The notes beneath the pieces are model-generated. The model saw nothing but the letters and a program-made list of their open reading frames with translations, was not told the origin of the DNA and made no database searches. Positions 1 to 12,427 of a DNA stretch of 64,000 nucleotides are shown piece after piece. This stretch comes from Trypethelium eluteriae. Lineage: Eukaryota. The stretch spans positions 1-64,000 of the forward strand of contig JAVECL010000060.1 in NCBI GenBank assembly GCA_051942245.1, in the 5' to 3' direction. Numbering within the stretch: position 1 is the stretch's first letter; the number at the start of each line of letters is the position of its first letter. Both the position numbers and the translations under genes were made by a program.

Positions 1-1
1 G

Positions 2-202
2 GCGCAGGGGGGTGGGAAGGAGCCGCAGACGAAGGTGGCGAGGTTGGTGCAGTGGTTGGCGGAGAGTGAGGTGGATGTTGCGGCGATGGTGGACTGTATT
101 CAGGAGATTGTGAGTCTGTACGAGAAGTGGGAGCAGTATCAGGATAAGGTGTGTAAGGAGCAGATTGGGCGGTATGTGAAGGCGAGGGAATTAGATAAAT
201 GA
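2..202 (+). CDS. SSN8: C-terminal end of cyclin C (Mediator kinase-module cyclin); partial at window edge
   Basis: Frame 2 reads ...[56 protein letters not shown] (TGA 200-202), which I recognise as the Pezizomycotina Ssn8 C-terminus. Confidence 0.8.
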   Translation, partial: AQGGGKEPQTKVARLVQWLAESEVDVAAMVDCIQEIVSLYEKWEQYQDKVCKEQIGRYVKARELDK

Positions 203-1020
203 GTGCGGGCAGGAGGTGGTGCCATGGAACGTAATCGGATAGTACTGCATCTAAATAGTGGTGTCTTGTCAAAGTCTTGAGGCGTCTGAATGTAAATATT
301 GAACATTGGCATTGAAAGCCCAGGGAGGAGAATTTTAGGTCGGGAATGGAAGAAGGGAGTTACTCGGTGCCATCATTCAAATCTTTGCGAGAGGATATTT
401 CTATTCCTGCACAATATTCTGTTTGCATGGTTTTGGAAGTTACATTTACCGTGCCTTTGCGGAACGAAGCTGATTGTGAACCACGAAATTGGTGGACCCT
501 TTTCCTATGAGCTTTTCATGTATCACCAGATGCCTGACATTACACAACTTCGATAGCTCATTTCAGAAAATACTCTGCCTATTAAAGGCATATTGTTACC
601 GAGCTCAGGACCATTTGCTATGAGATCTTTCAAGCTTAAAAGGTCTCGTCTTTATACCAGTGAAAGGCCGCCATTCGTACCGTAAACGGATTGCATTGCT
701 CAGCACTATGTCGTCACATCGCGTTCGTTTGTTGGAAGAGAAGATGAGCCAATTCCTGTATTCTGTTACATGTGAATCTAGCTGGCCTATTGCAGGGTTA
801 ATCCATCCAAGGTATTACCAGCGAATGCATGAATGAAATCTCAGAAAATCGTCCAAATGCCTTGCAAGTTCCCGCCTATAATACGATATGATTCGGAAAC
901 AAAGCATGAAAGTTGTGACTTTTTCCTCCTTAGTGGCTGTACCGATTTTTTGCTATCATTTTTGCGTCACGTGTTTTTTTCTTGCTGTTCTTTCTCTGTT
1001 CTGATCAAAAGTACATACCA

Positions 1021-4000
1021 TCACATTCCTGAAGTCCCATCTCCCCATACGGCACTCAACCAACCCCCTACCCCATCGACTTCTGCAGTTAGACCAGCCC
1101 AAGTCTGCATTTCACCGCCGGCAGCGAATGCAGCTAGGTCATCACCACTAAAAGAGGGATGTAGGTCCCTAGTCCATGCTGTCGCTGATCTAGGGTCGAC
1201 GAGATTTTGTTGGCTCCAAGACTGAGGATTTGATTGTCGGAAAGATGATTCGGAATGGGTCTGGTCAGTTTGAGTAGCTGGATTGAAATACGTTTGCATT
1301 GACGGATAATTCTGTTGCGAGTATTGCTTTGGCGGTGGGTTTTGAGCTTGAGAATAGGATGAGCCCGAATAAGGCGACGGAATCGAAGACGTTTGTACCG
1401 TTGGCTGCGAGGCTGGTGAAACGGAAGGTGGAGTCGGTACTGCAGATGCGTGGTGTTGTCCTACATAGCCGGACCGGAACTCATGGGGATTTGTTTGGTA
1501 TGGATTCGCAACAGTAGGTGCGTATAAGCTTGGAGTTTGGTGGACGTCAGGCATATTAGCTGTCGCCAGTCTCACTTGCGCAGTTGCGGGGGTCCCAGCA
1601 ACATTGTTGATGGCATTCCAGTGCTCTTGTTGAGCATTTATGTCGTCAGGAGCTTGTTGCGTCACTATACTCATTGCCTTCGGCTTGGACTGCGGTCCCA
1701 CTGCCTCAATTACTGCTCCAGCATCAGATGGATCAGGCTCGTTCGGAGCCATTCCGGAATCCGTCATCTCGAGGTCGTCGTCCTCAAGAGTCCCAAATTC
1801 CTTCAGTGTTTTCTCCAGAAGCTTGTACTCTTCGAGGCCTCCTCCAGGTCCGCCTTCCCTGAGGCTAAGGTGTCGATATGCTTCAGGACTGACTGCTGTC
1901 CCACCTTCGGAGGAGCTTTCCAATGCCTTGGTGTTCTTCTTCCAATCTTTTTTCATCCGACCGAAATACAGATGCAGCCGTTCAATTGTCTTGAACCACC
2001 CATCTGCCATCCTTAATCTTGACCGCATTAGGGATAGAACCTCAAGAGACTTTCTCGCTACTTCCGCACCACTCGAATCCTCCGGGCTGGAAGCCGTCGC
2101 GTTCCTCTTACACATGAATCCATCAGGATCCATCCAGGGAAAGTTACCGCAATAGACTCCGAAGAAAGCAACAGTATAGATGGTGAAGCCAACGATTGGG
2201 GTTTCCACCATTGCATTCCACTCTTGACAGACGCGCACAAGATCCATGACATCTCTTGCTGCTCTGAAGCAATCTCTTGCACTGTCCCGCCAAAAATTGG
2301 GAGGTATCTCATATTGGCTTGGTGAGAAAGTTGGTGGATCAAGTGGTCCAGAAGGACCAGAGCAACGGAGAGGTATGAATGGCACATGCTCTCGATTCAA
2401 CATAATGCTGCAAAGGCTACACACTGTATGGACTAGCGTGTAAGGTGTGGCAGTCCGCGACATGATGTGAGCCGAGATGTTCTGTGGAGTTAGAGTGAGG
2501 TCTCTTGGTAACGAGTCTCGGAACTTCTGGAGCATCACTCGCAAGGTATAAAAATCAGACCGGCTATCCCAGGGTGGAAATCGTTCACGTCTGGAAGTCG
2601 TTAGCTATGCTTGAAGACAGAAGGCTTTCTCAAGGTACCGTCTTCCGCCATTACAAGACCATTTTACAATCTGGCCGTAGAGCTCAATAATCCTGATGAA
2701 GCGCGATATTACTCCCTCATCACCACGAACCTCCCATCGGCCTTTTTCTTCAGACATGCCAGAGTTTTTACTGTCAAATGAAGAGGCCCTCATGTGTTGG
2801 GTTTGATGGCTATCCTGCACGTCATTTGTGCCTGGAACACTACTTTGTCCCGTACGTTGGGTACTGGACCTCGGTCTCAAGTCATCCAGCTCTTCGCCAA
2901 GAAGCAATGTACGCACTTTTTCCCCGAACAGAAAAGCTTTTTCGCTACTTGGAAGTTGAATTCTAAGGTCTTTCACACTCAGCATTTGTGGTCTGTACTT
3001 GCCGCTACTGAGATAACGGTCCATAATAAAACAACTCCAGAAGGTCCTCCGTCGGATTTCTTGCTCAACGAAAGCATCGCTTTGCTTTGTGTGAGTCAAT
3101 TTCTCTGCTTTAATGCCTAGCTGTTGTGCTTCAATGCCGAGTGCCATAGACCGAGATAAAGGCTCATCATCCAATTCAGCATCGTACTGAAGACCCATCA
3201 CTTGGGCCGTACGCACAGCGACTCCGAGCGAAACCCATGCACGCACGCCTGTACCAGTCAGCTTTTTGTTATCCGTACGAAACGTAAATCACATCACCTC
3301 TGCACATTCCCCAATCGTGAAGGCATAGCATGAGACACGCCTGTGTTCTTTCAATGTCGAGGGAACCAAGCCCACCACCGAATGAACCAGACAGAAGGGA
3401 TCTGCAAGCTGAGGCGTAGTAATCAGATGCCATTAATGGGTTCGAGGATGTAGCGGGAGAGTGATAAGCTACCAGTTGAGGATGGAAGCGCGCCGTAAGC
3501 GCAAGGAAAGCCAACAGAAAAATAGCTGAATGTGGAGGATTTGGGCTTCTCGGGGCCACTGTCAAGGGCGAAGTACCAAAATCGGTTGTAGGGGCCGGAG
3601 AACCCACTTGTCGCAGCGGTTTGAGGAATGTAGGGGGATGTAGAAATGGCAGATCGGTTGAAAAGTGCAACTGGAAAATGTCAAACTGTGATTGAGTCAG
3701 TATTTAGATGTACTGTGGAAGCGATGGACGAGTTACAAGTTCAGTCCAAACTTTCGGAGTCAGAATTTGTGCGTCCAGGGCATCTACCAGAGCCCGTGGA
3801 GATTCCTTGCTTGGGGCAATGGCAATACTTGGAGGTTGAGGGGCTGCCTTCCTAGCTCGTGGTCTCTTTGATGCCTAAACGTCTCGTGAGCCGTCTATTG
3901 TCATACTTCCGGTGCACGTCCAAGTATCTTTCAGGTCGCCTAACAGCAACGTACCTCTCCAACATTCGTTCCATCACCTGGTGTTGTAACAAAGCTGCCT

Positions 4001-4152
4001 TCCTTCCGCGCTGAAGAACCACCGGTACCAGGAGCCGGATAGGTGCATTCCCTTCCCGATGTTTCGCATCCTTTACATATTGTATGTATTCCTCCATTGA
4101 TACATTTGACTTTGCTCCGGCGACACCTCGAACACGCGATTGAGGACCTCAT
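1021..4152 (-). CDS. Zn(II)2Cys6 transcription factor with fungal-specific TF middle domain (multi-exon)
   Basis: MRSSIACSRCRRSKVKC...CKGCETSGRECTYP binuclear cluster (ATG 4152). Downstream exons carry LPFLHPPTF, ERTQACLML, RAWVSLGVAVRTAQVMGL and EIRRRTFWSCFIMDRYLS, followed by a Q/P/S-rich tail. Confidence 0.9.
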
Positions 4153-5213
4153 TCGAGGGGTGCCATGCTGAGGGCGGAGTGGCCTTCCTTCGCCCCTTTG
4201 ATCTTCCGTATGACTCAATCCCTCCTTTTTGTTTGAAATGCCTATGTCTGGTACCTGAGGACATGAAGAAGACGGAGAGCTTGATTCTAGAGCTTGCGCC
4301 ACGCTCAATGGCGATGCCGTGGACGTAGCCGCGGAGGGAGGTATGCCTGCGCAGGACAAAACGGAAGGTAGTGACGCGTTTGAATACGCGATCTTGGCAG
4401 ATGTCCAGACAGGCGAATACCGCGATTGGGTTCGATTTGCCTTTTGTTCTTGATGCCGCGCACAGCTTCACTCTTGATCCACTTCGTGATTGATATACAG
4501 TCTAGATCCGTGGTGTTTCGGGACTGAATTTAAGCTTCGAGGACTTCGTCGGAGCTATGAGAATGTGGATCACGCAGATCGGACTCAGGAGGGGCCAAAT
4601 ATTTGGAGAGGAGTCTCTCGTTTTTCCCCTTTGAACGTGGGCGTAGATTTCATTAGATTTATTTAGCGAATAATGTAAATGCCTTGCCATGAGAGGTGCG
4701 GAGCACAGGAATCAGGTAGGTAGTTCCAATTACCTAGTACCGTAGAGTACCTAGCTCGCCAAGGCATGGGCCAGTAGTCGTATCGTACTTTACTTTCCCA
4801 TGCCTCTGTATCGTACTTCGTGCGATACGGCCCCACCTACAACTACAAGCAAGCTACTGGGTACCCCGTAGGCCATTTCATTCATACAGATCCGAGAATG
4901 ATGGAGAAGCTCAGAACTAATTAGAGCATACGTAAACCATCTGAGCTTCGATCATTATTGATCTGCGTCGGGCTCTCCGACATTTCGATGATTTGGTCTC
5001 CGATCTGTCCAGAATGCCCAACTCTAAGGTACCGTACTCCAATTTCGTCTTTTTACTCCTACCGTCAACGCGAGGCAAGTCGGAGAGACCGCTCCGCTAC
5101 CACTTGTCCTTGCCTATATGCCAGTAGTTATATAGCTGACTGTACGGATCGGATACCGCAAAGGCCAGTTACTGTCTTACCCCCCAACAATTCACTTCCT
5201 GGCATTGCTAGGC

Positions 5214-6596
5214 ATGTTCACGATCGATTGGCGAAATAGCGTTTTGACGAGTCTGCTGCTAGCTACTGCCTTGGGAGCCACGTCGAACCATACTGACCAG
5301 CCTGTGCTTGCACCATACCTAGCCTACAGTAGTTCCAAAATCATCCCCGATAGCTACATTGTTAAGTTTAAAGAAAACCATACTCTACAGAACCACCTGA
5401 ACTGGATTGGCTTAAATTTATCTTCAATAGGTGACGAAATTTACGACCTAGATATTCTCCCTGGATATTACCTTAAAGGCAATCAATCTCTGATCAATAT
5501 TATAAGAAGGGACGCAGGAGTTGAATGGGTCGAGCCGTCCAGCCGTATCTCCCCACCCGACCGCCCTCCTACTGTGGAGGATGAGAGAAACTCACAGAAG
5601 CGATGGCATGGAAAGCTGGATCCAGATGCGTCCTTTCAACTAGCAATGCAGTCAAGCGCAGAAAAGATTTCCCCAAGTGATGGCTCCCACAGGTTTTGGT
5701 ACTGGAGTGAGGCAGGCAGGAATGTTGACATCTATATCCTTGATGGGGGTGTTAACATCTATCATCCTGAGTTTGGTGGTCGAGCTTCTAACTTCAGGGG
5801 ACTGGACGTCTCACCATATCTCAGTCCCGATTCTCCGGAGAGCACGATGGCAGACACAAACCCTGACACACATGGTACATGTGTTGCGTCTCTTGCTGGA
5901 GGTAATACTCATGGGATTGCAAGACAAGCGAATATTATCAACGTGAAGATTGCAGAGAGAGATGGGGGTCAGACAGCGAAAGTTGCTCAAGCTATAATTG
6001 ACGTGACGAGAGAGCACATTAAGAAAAAGAAACTTGCCCGTCGTTCACCTTTTGCAGGCTCGGTGATTAACTTCTCTATGGATTGCCGCTATAATCGAGC
6101 AATGGAAATAGCGATTAGGAAGGCAGATGACGCTGGGATCCCTGTTGTTGTTGCTGCCGGAAATCGAAATTCAGATACATTCCGCCGGTTTCCATGCAAT
6201 CTACGGGACACAATCTGTGTTGCGTCGGTTGACAAGAGTTACAGAAAAGCGAGAAGCTCTAATTACGGATCCGAGGTCACTGTTGCGGCTCCAGGTCAGG
6301 AGGTACCATGCGCGACTTTTCACGGAACCAATTTTAGTTCGCATATTGATAGCGGGACCTCTCTTGCAACACCATATGTATCCGGTACGCTTGCCCATTT
6401 TATCAGCTATGAGAAGCTCAGCACAAGTACATTGAGGGTATGGGAGCGGATGTTGACTAACTGGAATTATGGTTTTCTCGAGGGTTTCCCAAGATATCCA
6501 GCAACGCCGAATGTCTTCAATAGCAATGGGTTCCAGAAGCAGAACAAACGGATTACCCAGCCATATGTGGGAGCTCCAGACAGCCCAAGACTGTAA
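5214..6596 (+). CDS. Secreted subtilisin-like serine protease (S8, proteinase K-like) with I9 propeptide; intronless
   Basis: Hydrophobic signal peptide, IPDSYIVKFK prodomain, catalytic D (YILDGG), H (HGTCVAS), oxyanion N (AAGN) and S (SGTSLATP). Confidence 0.92.
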   Translation: MFTIDWRNSVLTSLLLATALGATSNHTDQPVLAPYLAYSSSKIIPDSYIVKFKENHTLQNHLNWIGLNLSSIGDEIYDLDILPGYYLKGNQSLINIIRRDAGVEWVEPSSRISPPDRPPTVEDERNSQKRWHGKLDPDASFQLAMQSSAEKISPSDGSHRFWYWSEAGRNVDIYILDGGVNIYHPEFGGRASNFRGLDVSPYLSPDSPESTMADTNPDTHGTCVASLAGGNTHGIARQANIINVKIAERDGGQTAKVAQAIIDVTREHIKKKKLARRSPFAGSVINFSMDCRYNRAMEIAIRKADDAGIPVVVAAGNRNSDTFRRFPCNLRDTICVASVDKSYRKARSSNYGSEVTVAAPGQEVPCATFHGTNFSSHIDSGTSLATPYVSGTLAHFISYEKLSTSTLRVWERMLTNWNYGFLEGFPRYPATPNVFNSNGFQKQNKRITQPYVGAPDSPRL

Positions 6597-6945
6597 TGTT
6601 GAGATATGAAAGGGATGGCGCGAACTGGGGGTTTCCCGGACTGCAATTCTGTAGATTGGGCATATGAAACGAAATCAGGCACTTTCTCTTCCTTTGACCT
6701 ACAGCCACTGTCCGAGCAATAAGAACCACTTGTAGAAAAGGTCATTGAAAAATGCCAGAGGATAATCAAGGCACCCCTCAACAGAAAGTTTAGAAAAGCT
6801 TGGCAGATGCAGCAGGTTTGGATGTTCTCATTTTCTGACGTTACAATGCAATTACTAGCTATACGGATGATGCCAAAATTCCACTGGGGGCCTCCTCGAT
6901 CTCAATTTCGAAAATAGCTCGATCAACAGTCGAGCAACCACTTTT

Positions 6946-9123
6946 TCAACCCCGCCTTGCAGGGCACTTCCACCCCGTCCTCTTCTCAAACTCCACCTCC
7001 CAGTCCCTCTCCCTCGCCTGCTTCTCCTCCATCTCCCGCCTCACCACCTCCCGCCTCTCCCTCCATCGCTGCTTGCCGCGCCGGACCCGCTCCGGCGACC
7101 TCGCCCGCCCACACCAGACCTCGTCCGGCTCGCACGGCGGCGGCGCCGCAGCGCGAGGACGACCGCGCCGAGCCACCTCGCCGGTCTCTGCGGCAGAGAC
7201 GAGGGAGGGAGCAGCCCTGCTCAACCTCAGCTGCATATCGCGGAGCGCCCGCTGCAGCACCTCGGTCTTGCGGGTCGCCGCCACGAGGTCCACCCCAAGG
7301 CCGTGCGAGTGCCGCTGCTCCTGCTCGAGGCGCTCGCGCTCCGCCTGGCCGGAAGCGGTCACCACCTCCACCTCGCCCTCCAGCCTCCGCACCTGCTTCG
7401 TCAGGTCGCCACAGCGCTCCGCGAGTGACAGCTTCAGGGATTCCTCACGCGTGGCCTTGGCGCGGAGGGCCTCGACTTCGGTGTCGGGCCGGCCGTCGCG
7501 GTCGGCCTGGAGCTGCCTCACCTTGTCCTTGAGCCCATTGGTCTCCGCCCTGCGCTTCTTGGCTGTGGCGACCCGTTCGGTGGCGGCTCGCTGGGCGACC
7601 CTCATGTCCTTCTCGCTGGATTCGGCGAGGGTCTTGGTGCGCTGCAGCTCTTTGTGGAGGTTGCCGACCTCGTCGCGCAGGCGCAGGACCTCTTGGCTGC
7701 TTTGCTCGTGATCCCGCGCCTGATTGTCGCGTGCACGACGAGCATCCTCGAGAGCTGCGGCGGCGGAGTCCAGCTCTGCCCGTAGCCTCTCTGGCTCTGT
7801 CGCCTTTGAGCTCGACACTTGCTGGAGCTCGGTCTTGACCTTGGCCAGGTCTTCTTGTAGGCCGCGGACCTCCTCCTCCTTGAGACCCACCGAGCTCTGA
7901 AGCTCTGCCCTGACCTTGGCCAGGTTTTCTTGCAGGCTGTGGACCTCCTCTTCCTTGAGATCCACCGAGCTCTGGAGCTCCATCTTGACCGTGGCCAAGT
8001 CTTGTTGGAGGCTGTGGACCTCCTCGTCCCTGAGGCCCACCGAGCTCTGGAGCTCTGCCCTGGCCTTTTCCAGCTCTTCTCGCAGGCTAAGAACTTCCTC
8101 CTGCTGGGAGTCGTCCGTCTTGCGCAGCTGTGGTTGTGTCAGTGACTGCATTTAACGAGCTTCTTGGAGCAAGTTCTGAACCTTCTCAATCTCTTCGTCC
8201 TTCTCAGCAAGCTGCTGCTCCCAGGCCTCCTCCCTATCCAGGAACTTATCCTGTTCCACGCTGTCAGCCTCGTCCCTGGCTTCCTTTTCGGCCTTCGCTT
8301 TAGCTTCCAGAACCCCAACTTGCTGTTGAAGATTAGCGATGTTCGTATGCAAGAGAATTCTTTCTTTGACTAGTTGTTTGATGCGGAAACAAACCTCTTC
8401 TGGAATCTGAGCCTCGTGTTGCCGAACGTCCTCATCGATGCCGAGCACCCTTTCGCTGGTCCGGCCATCGAGATCCATGCGAGCACTCTCCAGCTCCTCA
8501 GCTGCCTGCTGAGCCTGCTGAGCCTGCTGAGCCCGCAGCTGGAAGTCCTGAGCGAGCTGATCATTTATCTGCTGCTCGACTTCTGGGGCCATGACCTGCT
8601 CAGTTAGGGGCCACCACGGCTGCTCCATCATGGCTTGGAGCTGCTGCTGCGACATCTCTTCGGGCAGCTGGGTGAGTGACTGGCCTAACTGAGTGTTAGG
8701 CTGGTCGAACGTGGGTTCGTCCTCAGACTGTTCCCACGGCGCATCTGTTGGGTCAGGGGCCATCTGTGCAAGCCCCTCATACAGCCACCGGTCCTCGTCG
8801 GACTGCAGCTGAGAAGCTTGTCCGATCGGCTGAGCGTCGTTCTGGCCCTCAACAGCTTCGGCCAGAGGCTGTTCCCCTGGTTCCTCTGTCAAGGGTCCCC
8901 CTTCCTCGAACAACCCCTCGTCATACAGTCGCTCGAATTCGTCGATGAACGCTTGCAGCTGATGGGGATCAGAGTCCGGGTCAACTGGGGCCTCCGATGC
9001 CTGCCCTGTTGTGGGCTCCTCCATGATCGCCTCCATGATCGGCTCCTCGCTTGGTTGCTTAGCTGCCCCTTGCCTCCGGGATTTGGGCGTGAGGATCTTT
9101 CGTTGCGACGGAATTGTAGACAT
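6946..9123 (-). CDS. Acidic/Q-rich coiled-coil protein of unknown function; two in-frame ORFs (8152-9123, 6946-8151) separated by a single TAA
   Basis: Both ORFs share a frame and an E/Q/L/R heptad composition. The junction reads CGT TAA ATG CAG. No introns seen. Confidence 0.6.
7818..8100 (-). repeat. About 3.7 copies of a 75-bp (25-aa) coding tandem repeat
   Basis: EEVLSLREELEKARAELQSSVGLRD / EEVHSLQQDLATVKMELQSSVDLKE / EEVHSLQENLAKVRAELQSSVGLKE / EEVRGLQEDLAKVKTELQ. Confidence 0.85.
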
Positions 9124-9283
9124 TGTACTCTTTAACGTAAGCTGATTGATTCATTCCAAATGCTTTAGCCATGGCTTACTCTTCAGATGGAAGCTAACTA
9201 AGTTTTGCTAGAGTGTAGGGTGAGATAAGGTAAATTCAGAGGCAGGATGGTATTAGAATGGATTGGTGGAGTTGACGGTAATA

Positions 9284-9385
9284 GTCAGATGTAGGGTAGG
9301 ATCGGTAATGGGAAGAATTGAGTTGAAGGGTAAAGTCGGATGTAGGGAAGAATTGATAGTGGGTAGAATTGAGTTGGAGGGAAAA
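9284..9385. repeat. Two imperfect 51-bp tandem copies, purine-rich on + strand
   Basis: gtcagatgtagggtaggatcggtaatgggaagaattgagttgaagggtaaa / gtcggatgtagggaagaattgatagtgggtagaattgagttggagggaaaa. Confidence 0.65.
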
Positions 9386-9982
9386 TCTGGGAATGAAAGC
9401 AAGTGGGCGTCGCTGCCTTTATTCTCTGTCTTGTCAGGTTTGGTGGTGATTGGTAAAGGCGACAATAGAGAGTTGTGAGCAAAGGAAGTTAAATAAGAAG
9501 GCGGGAAGTATGCGTCATCTTCTTTGTTGACAATGGAGGTGGAGTGATTAAATTGACGTCGAATGAGCAAAAGCACACAATAGACCCCGTCGGGACAAAG
9601 ATTTCACAATCAAGGATTGCAACTGTTTTAAACACGCGAAACAACAGTATTGAGTTAGACAGCCATTGGTATACATGAAAGCAGACACAATGTCATGCAG
9701 CAAATCTGCCTTACCCACATCAGCTGTGATGGAGGCTTAAAACTTTTGAGAGGCACTGGTGGATCACTTCACCCCCACCACTTCCACGTTTCAAATTTCC
9801 CGAGACCGTGCTGTTGACAATAGCAACTGGACGGGGTATTTTATATACCTGTGAGGGACGCGACCCTCTATGAAAGGAGCTATGAAGCTGACCTGTGTAA
9901 ACTCCGCTCGTCTGCCACGACACCGATTGAGTGAGAATTGCAGAGTTGTGATCATATTCAGTCAAGGTTCAAGAGCCATTGC

Positions 9983-11275
9983 CTATCGGAGATTGACATT
10001 ACTTGGCCCTCCGTGTCGATACGATTGTGCATTAGCTTGGCCAAGTGGAAAGTTCGTTTGACGACCCATTTTTAGTCCAGCCGTCATGCCGTATCCGTTC
10101 CCACTAGGGTGCGAAAACGCATTGGGCTGAATGTCACGTAGTGGTTGACGAGTAGCTCCCCTAGGACCAGAAAGGCCGCTCCCGTCATTTTCTCTCACAT
10201 CCTTGGAGCCGAAGTTTCCGTACAGTGGTCGTGGTAAACGCGTGCGGTGAGCAGACGGCGTCTCTCGGATATGCTCTGCTATACATTAGCACATGGAATT
10301 TTCCACTCAGGAAAAATAGCTTACGGGGACTGTAATTCCGACTGACGAAGTTTGGTCCAACACGCTCTCCATTGCCGCCACCGGAACCGTGACTCCCCAT
10401 TCGGCGATGGTGCTCACTTAGCGTCAAAGGATCAGCAGAAAATGGAGGTGTCCGAGTCCCAAGGCCGGGACCTCCAACCCGATCAGCGAATCTGTTCGCT
10501 CCTGCAGTATTGATGGTGTTCTCGGCGTCGTCTGAGGCAGCGAAGGCGACTCGAGACGCCATGACTTGTGCCTTGAGGGACTGATAGAGTTTTTGCACTT
10601 GTTGTTGACTTCTGTTCTTCTCTTTGAATGCCTCCATAAGCTCATGATTCTTTTGCTCGAGGTTCTTCTGGTCTATTTGCATAGCTGTCGCTTTGCATCA
10701 GCAAGGATTAGACAGAGTACGTCTGTGTACATACCGCCCATTTTCTCGCGGAAGTGCACAATCTCAGAATTGGCATCATGGATAATCTTATCCATATGAC
10801 CGCTCAAATTGGTGTACTTTTCGGTCAAACTCTTTGCCAAGAACTCCTGATAGACACTGCTTCGATGAGTAGCTGGCAAGACAAGGAGATAAATTCACTA
10901 ATCACCAACATTTCCTGTGCCGTCTGATAGCTGTAAAAAGCCAGTCCACGGCCTGAACATTCCATAATGAGGCTAGGGCTGAGACCGCTTAGAACGCTTG
11001 TCTTATAATCTTCCGTTGGATTGAGTTGAGTAACGACGACATCATCCGGATTAGCCAAGTGAGCTTCGCAAGCTGGACAGATGCGCGGACCTCCTCCTGG
11101 GTTGGATAGACTCGTAGATTCTGAGCATGGTACACAGAATATATGGCTTCGAGGCGAGGGTAAGCAGGCTTTGTTTGGCATCTTCGCACAATGCTCACCT
11201 GCAGGTCGTGACTACTGCCCGGTCGTTCAACTGTTCCCGGCATTTCAGCGAATTGCACCGTAAGGTTGCGTCCAT
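9983..11275 (-). CDS. HEI10: Meiotic crossover RING E3 ligase HEI10/CCNB1IP1 (about 5 exons)
   Basis: Spliced translation MDATLRCNSLKCREQLNDRAVVTTCSHIFCVPC...CPACEAHL...LNPTEDYKTSVLSGLSP..IMECSGRGLAFYSYQ, then a coiled coil (KNRSQQQVQKLYQSLK) and a GYGMTAGLKMGRQ tail. Confidence 0.9.
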
Positions 11276-12427
11276 TTCCACAGTCAAGCAGTGGTACAGT
11301 CGGATAGCTGACGGTGCGGTTTAGCTACGGGACAGGATGATCAGAGCAGAAGGTACAGAAGTGCGTGCCTGCCTTCCCTCCCCTCTGTCATCCGAACTTA
11401 CGCCGTTACCGTTTTCGAAAGCCACCGGCTAGGAGAAAAACAATCGCACCAGATGAAAGTTTAATTTCATCATTTCTCTTTTTTTCCCTGCAGAGTTTTC
11501 CGCTGGTCCCTCTCTCCAATACCAGGAGGGTTACGCAGAGTAAATTGCCCGCTGCAACACAAGCGCAAATGGGTCTGAATGAAGTCAACGCATCATTGAC
11601 GGATGCGAAACCCTCCCCTATCCTGGCGATCAAAGCACTCGGCATCTAGATCAGCCCAACGGCAAGTTTACAGAAGATCAGATCACAATATCTCCGTCTT
11701 GAGAATGGCTCCTACCAACAGTGTACCGTTGAGCATGGGTCCTCTGTGAGGCAGCGCCAGGGAAGCTCCATGATTTCCGTAAAGCAGATAGCTACTGGAT
11801 GTCCAGTGGTGAGATCAGAGAAAGGTAAATCGATCAAGTACTGCATAGACTCCACAGGTCTAGACCATAACTACCACAATCGGTTCTGAGTAGAGTGATA
11901 AGATGAAGACTGGTTGAAATTTCAACAATAGAACAAAGCACACTCGTCGGGCTCAAGCTCTACGCAATACTGGCTCGGTTTATCCACTTGCTGCGACAGC
12001 GTAATCACGAGCTATTCCCTCTGCACCTGGATTTGCAATCGCGTCACTTTTTGTTTTCGTCGATGGTTCGTGAGCACCACACTTAAGTTCCATAATGTTG
12101 AAGTTCGCCATAGAGTATTGAAAGGGACGAGAGAAAGATTCTTTCTCCGACAATGTTGCGGCTCGCTAAGCACATATTACTAAGGAATGTAATTACGAAC
12201 TCCCGCCTCCAACCGAAACAGGCAGCTTTGCCGGGGCATATAACATGACCTGTCGTGCCTGTCACACTTACCTCCTTGTGAGAGGCATGGGAGTTTACCT
12301 TAAGAGGTACGATATGTTCGGCGGTCGGACATAGACTTAACAGTACGCTTATAAGCGCGCGTCTTACTGTACCTTTTTCTTACAGTTATTTGTCCAGTCC
12401 TGGTCTCTACGATAAAGCAGTCCCTTA

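Noticed and set aside
6957..7711. Long + strand ORFs (191 aa, 212 aa) rich in P/A/R/S
   Set aside because: Antisense shadows of the GC-rich coiled-coil gene, with no motifs.
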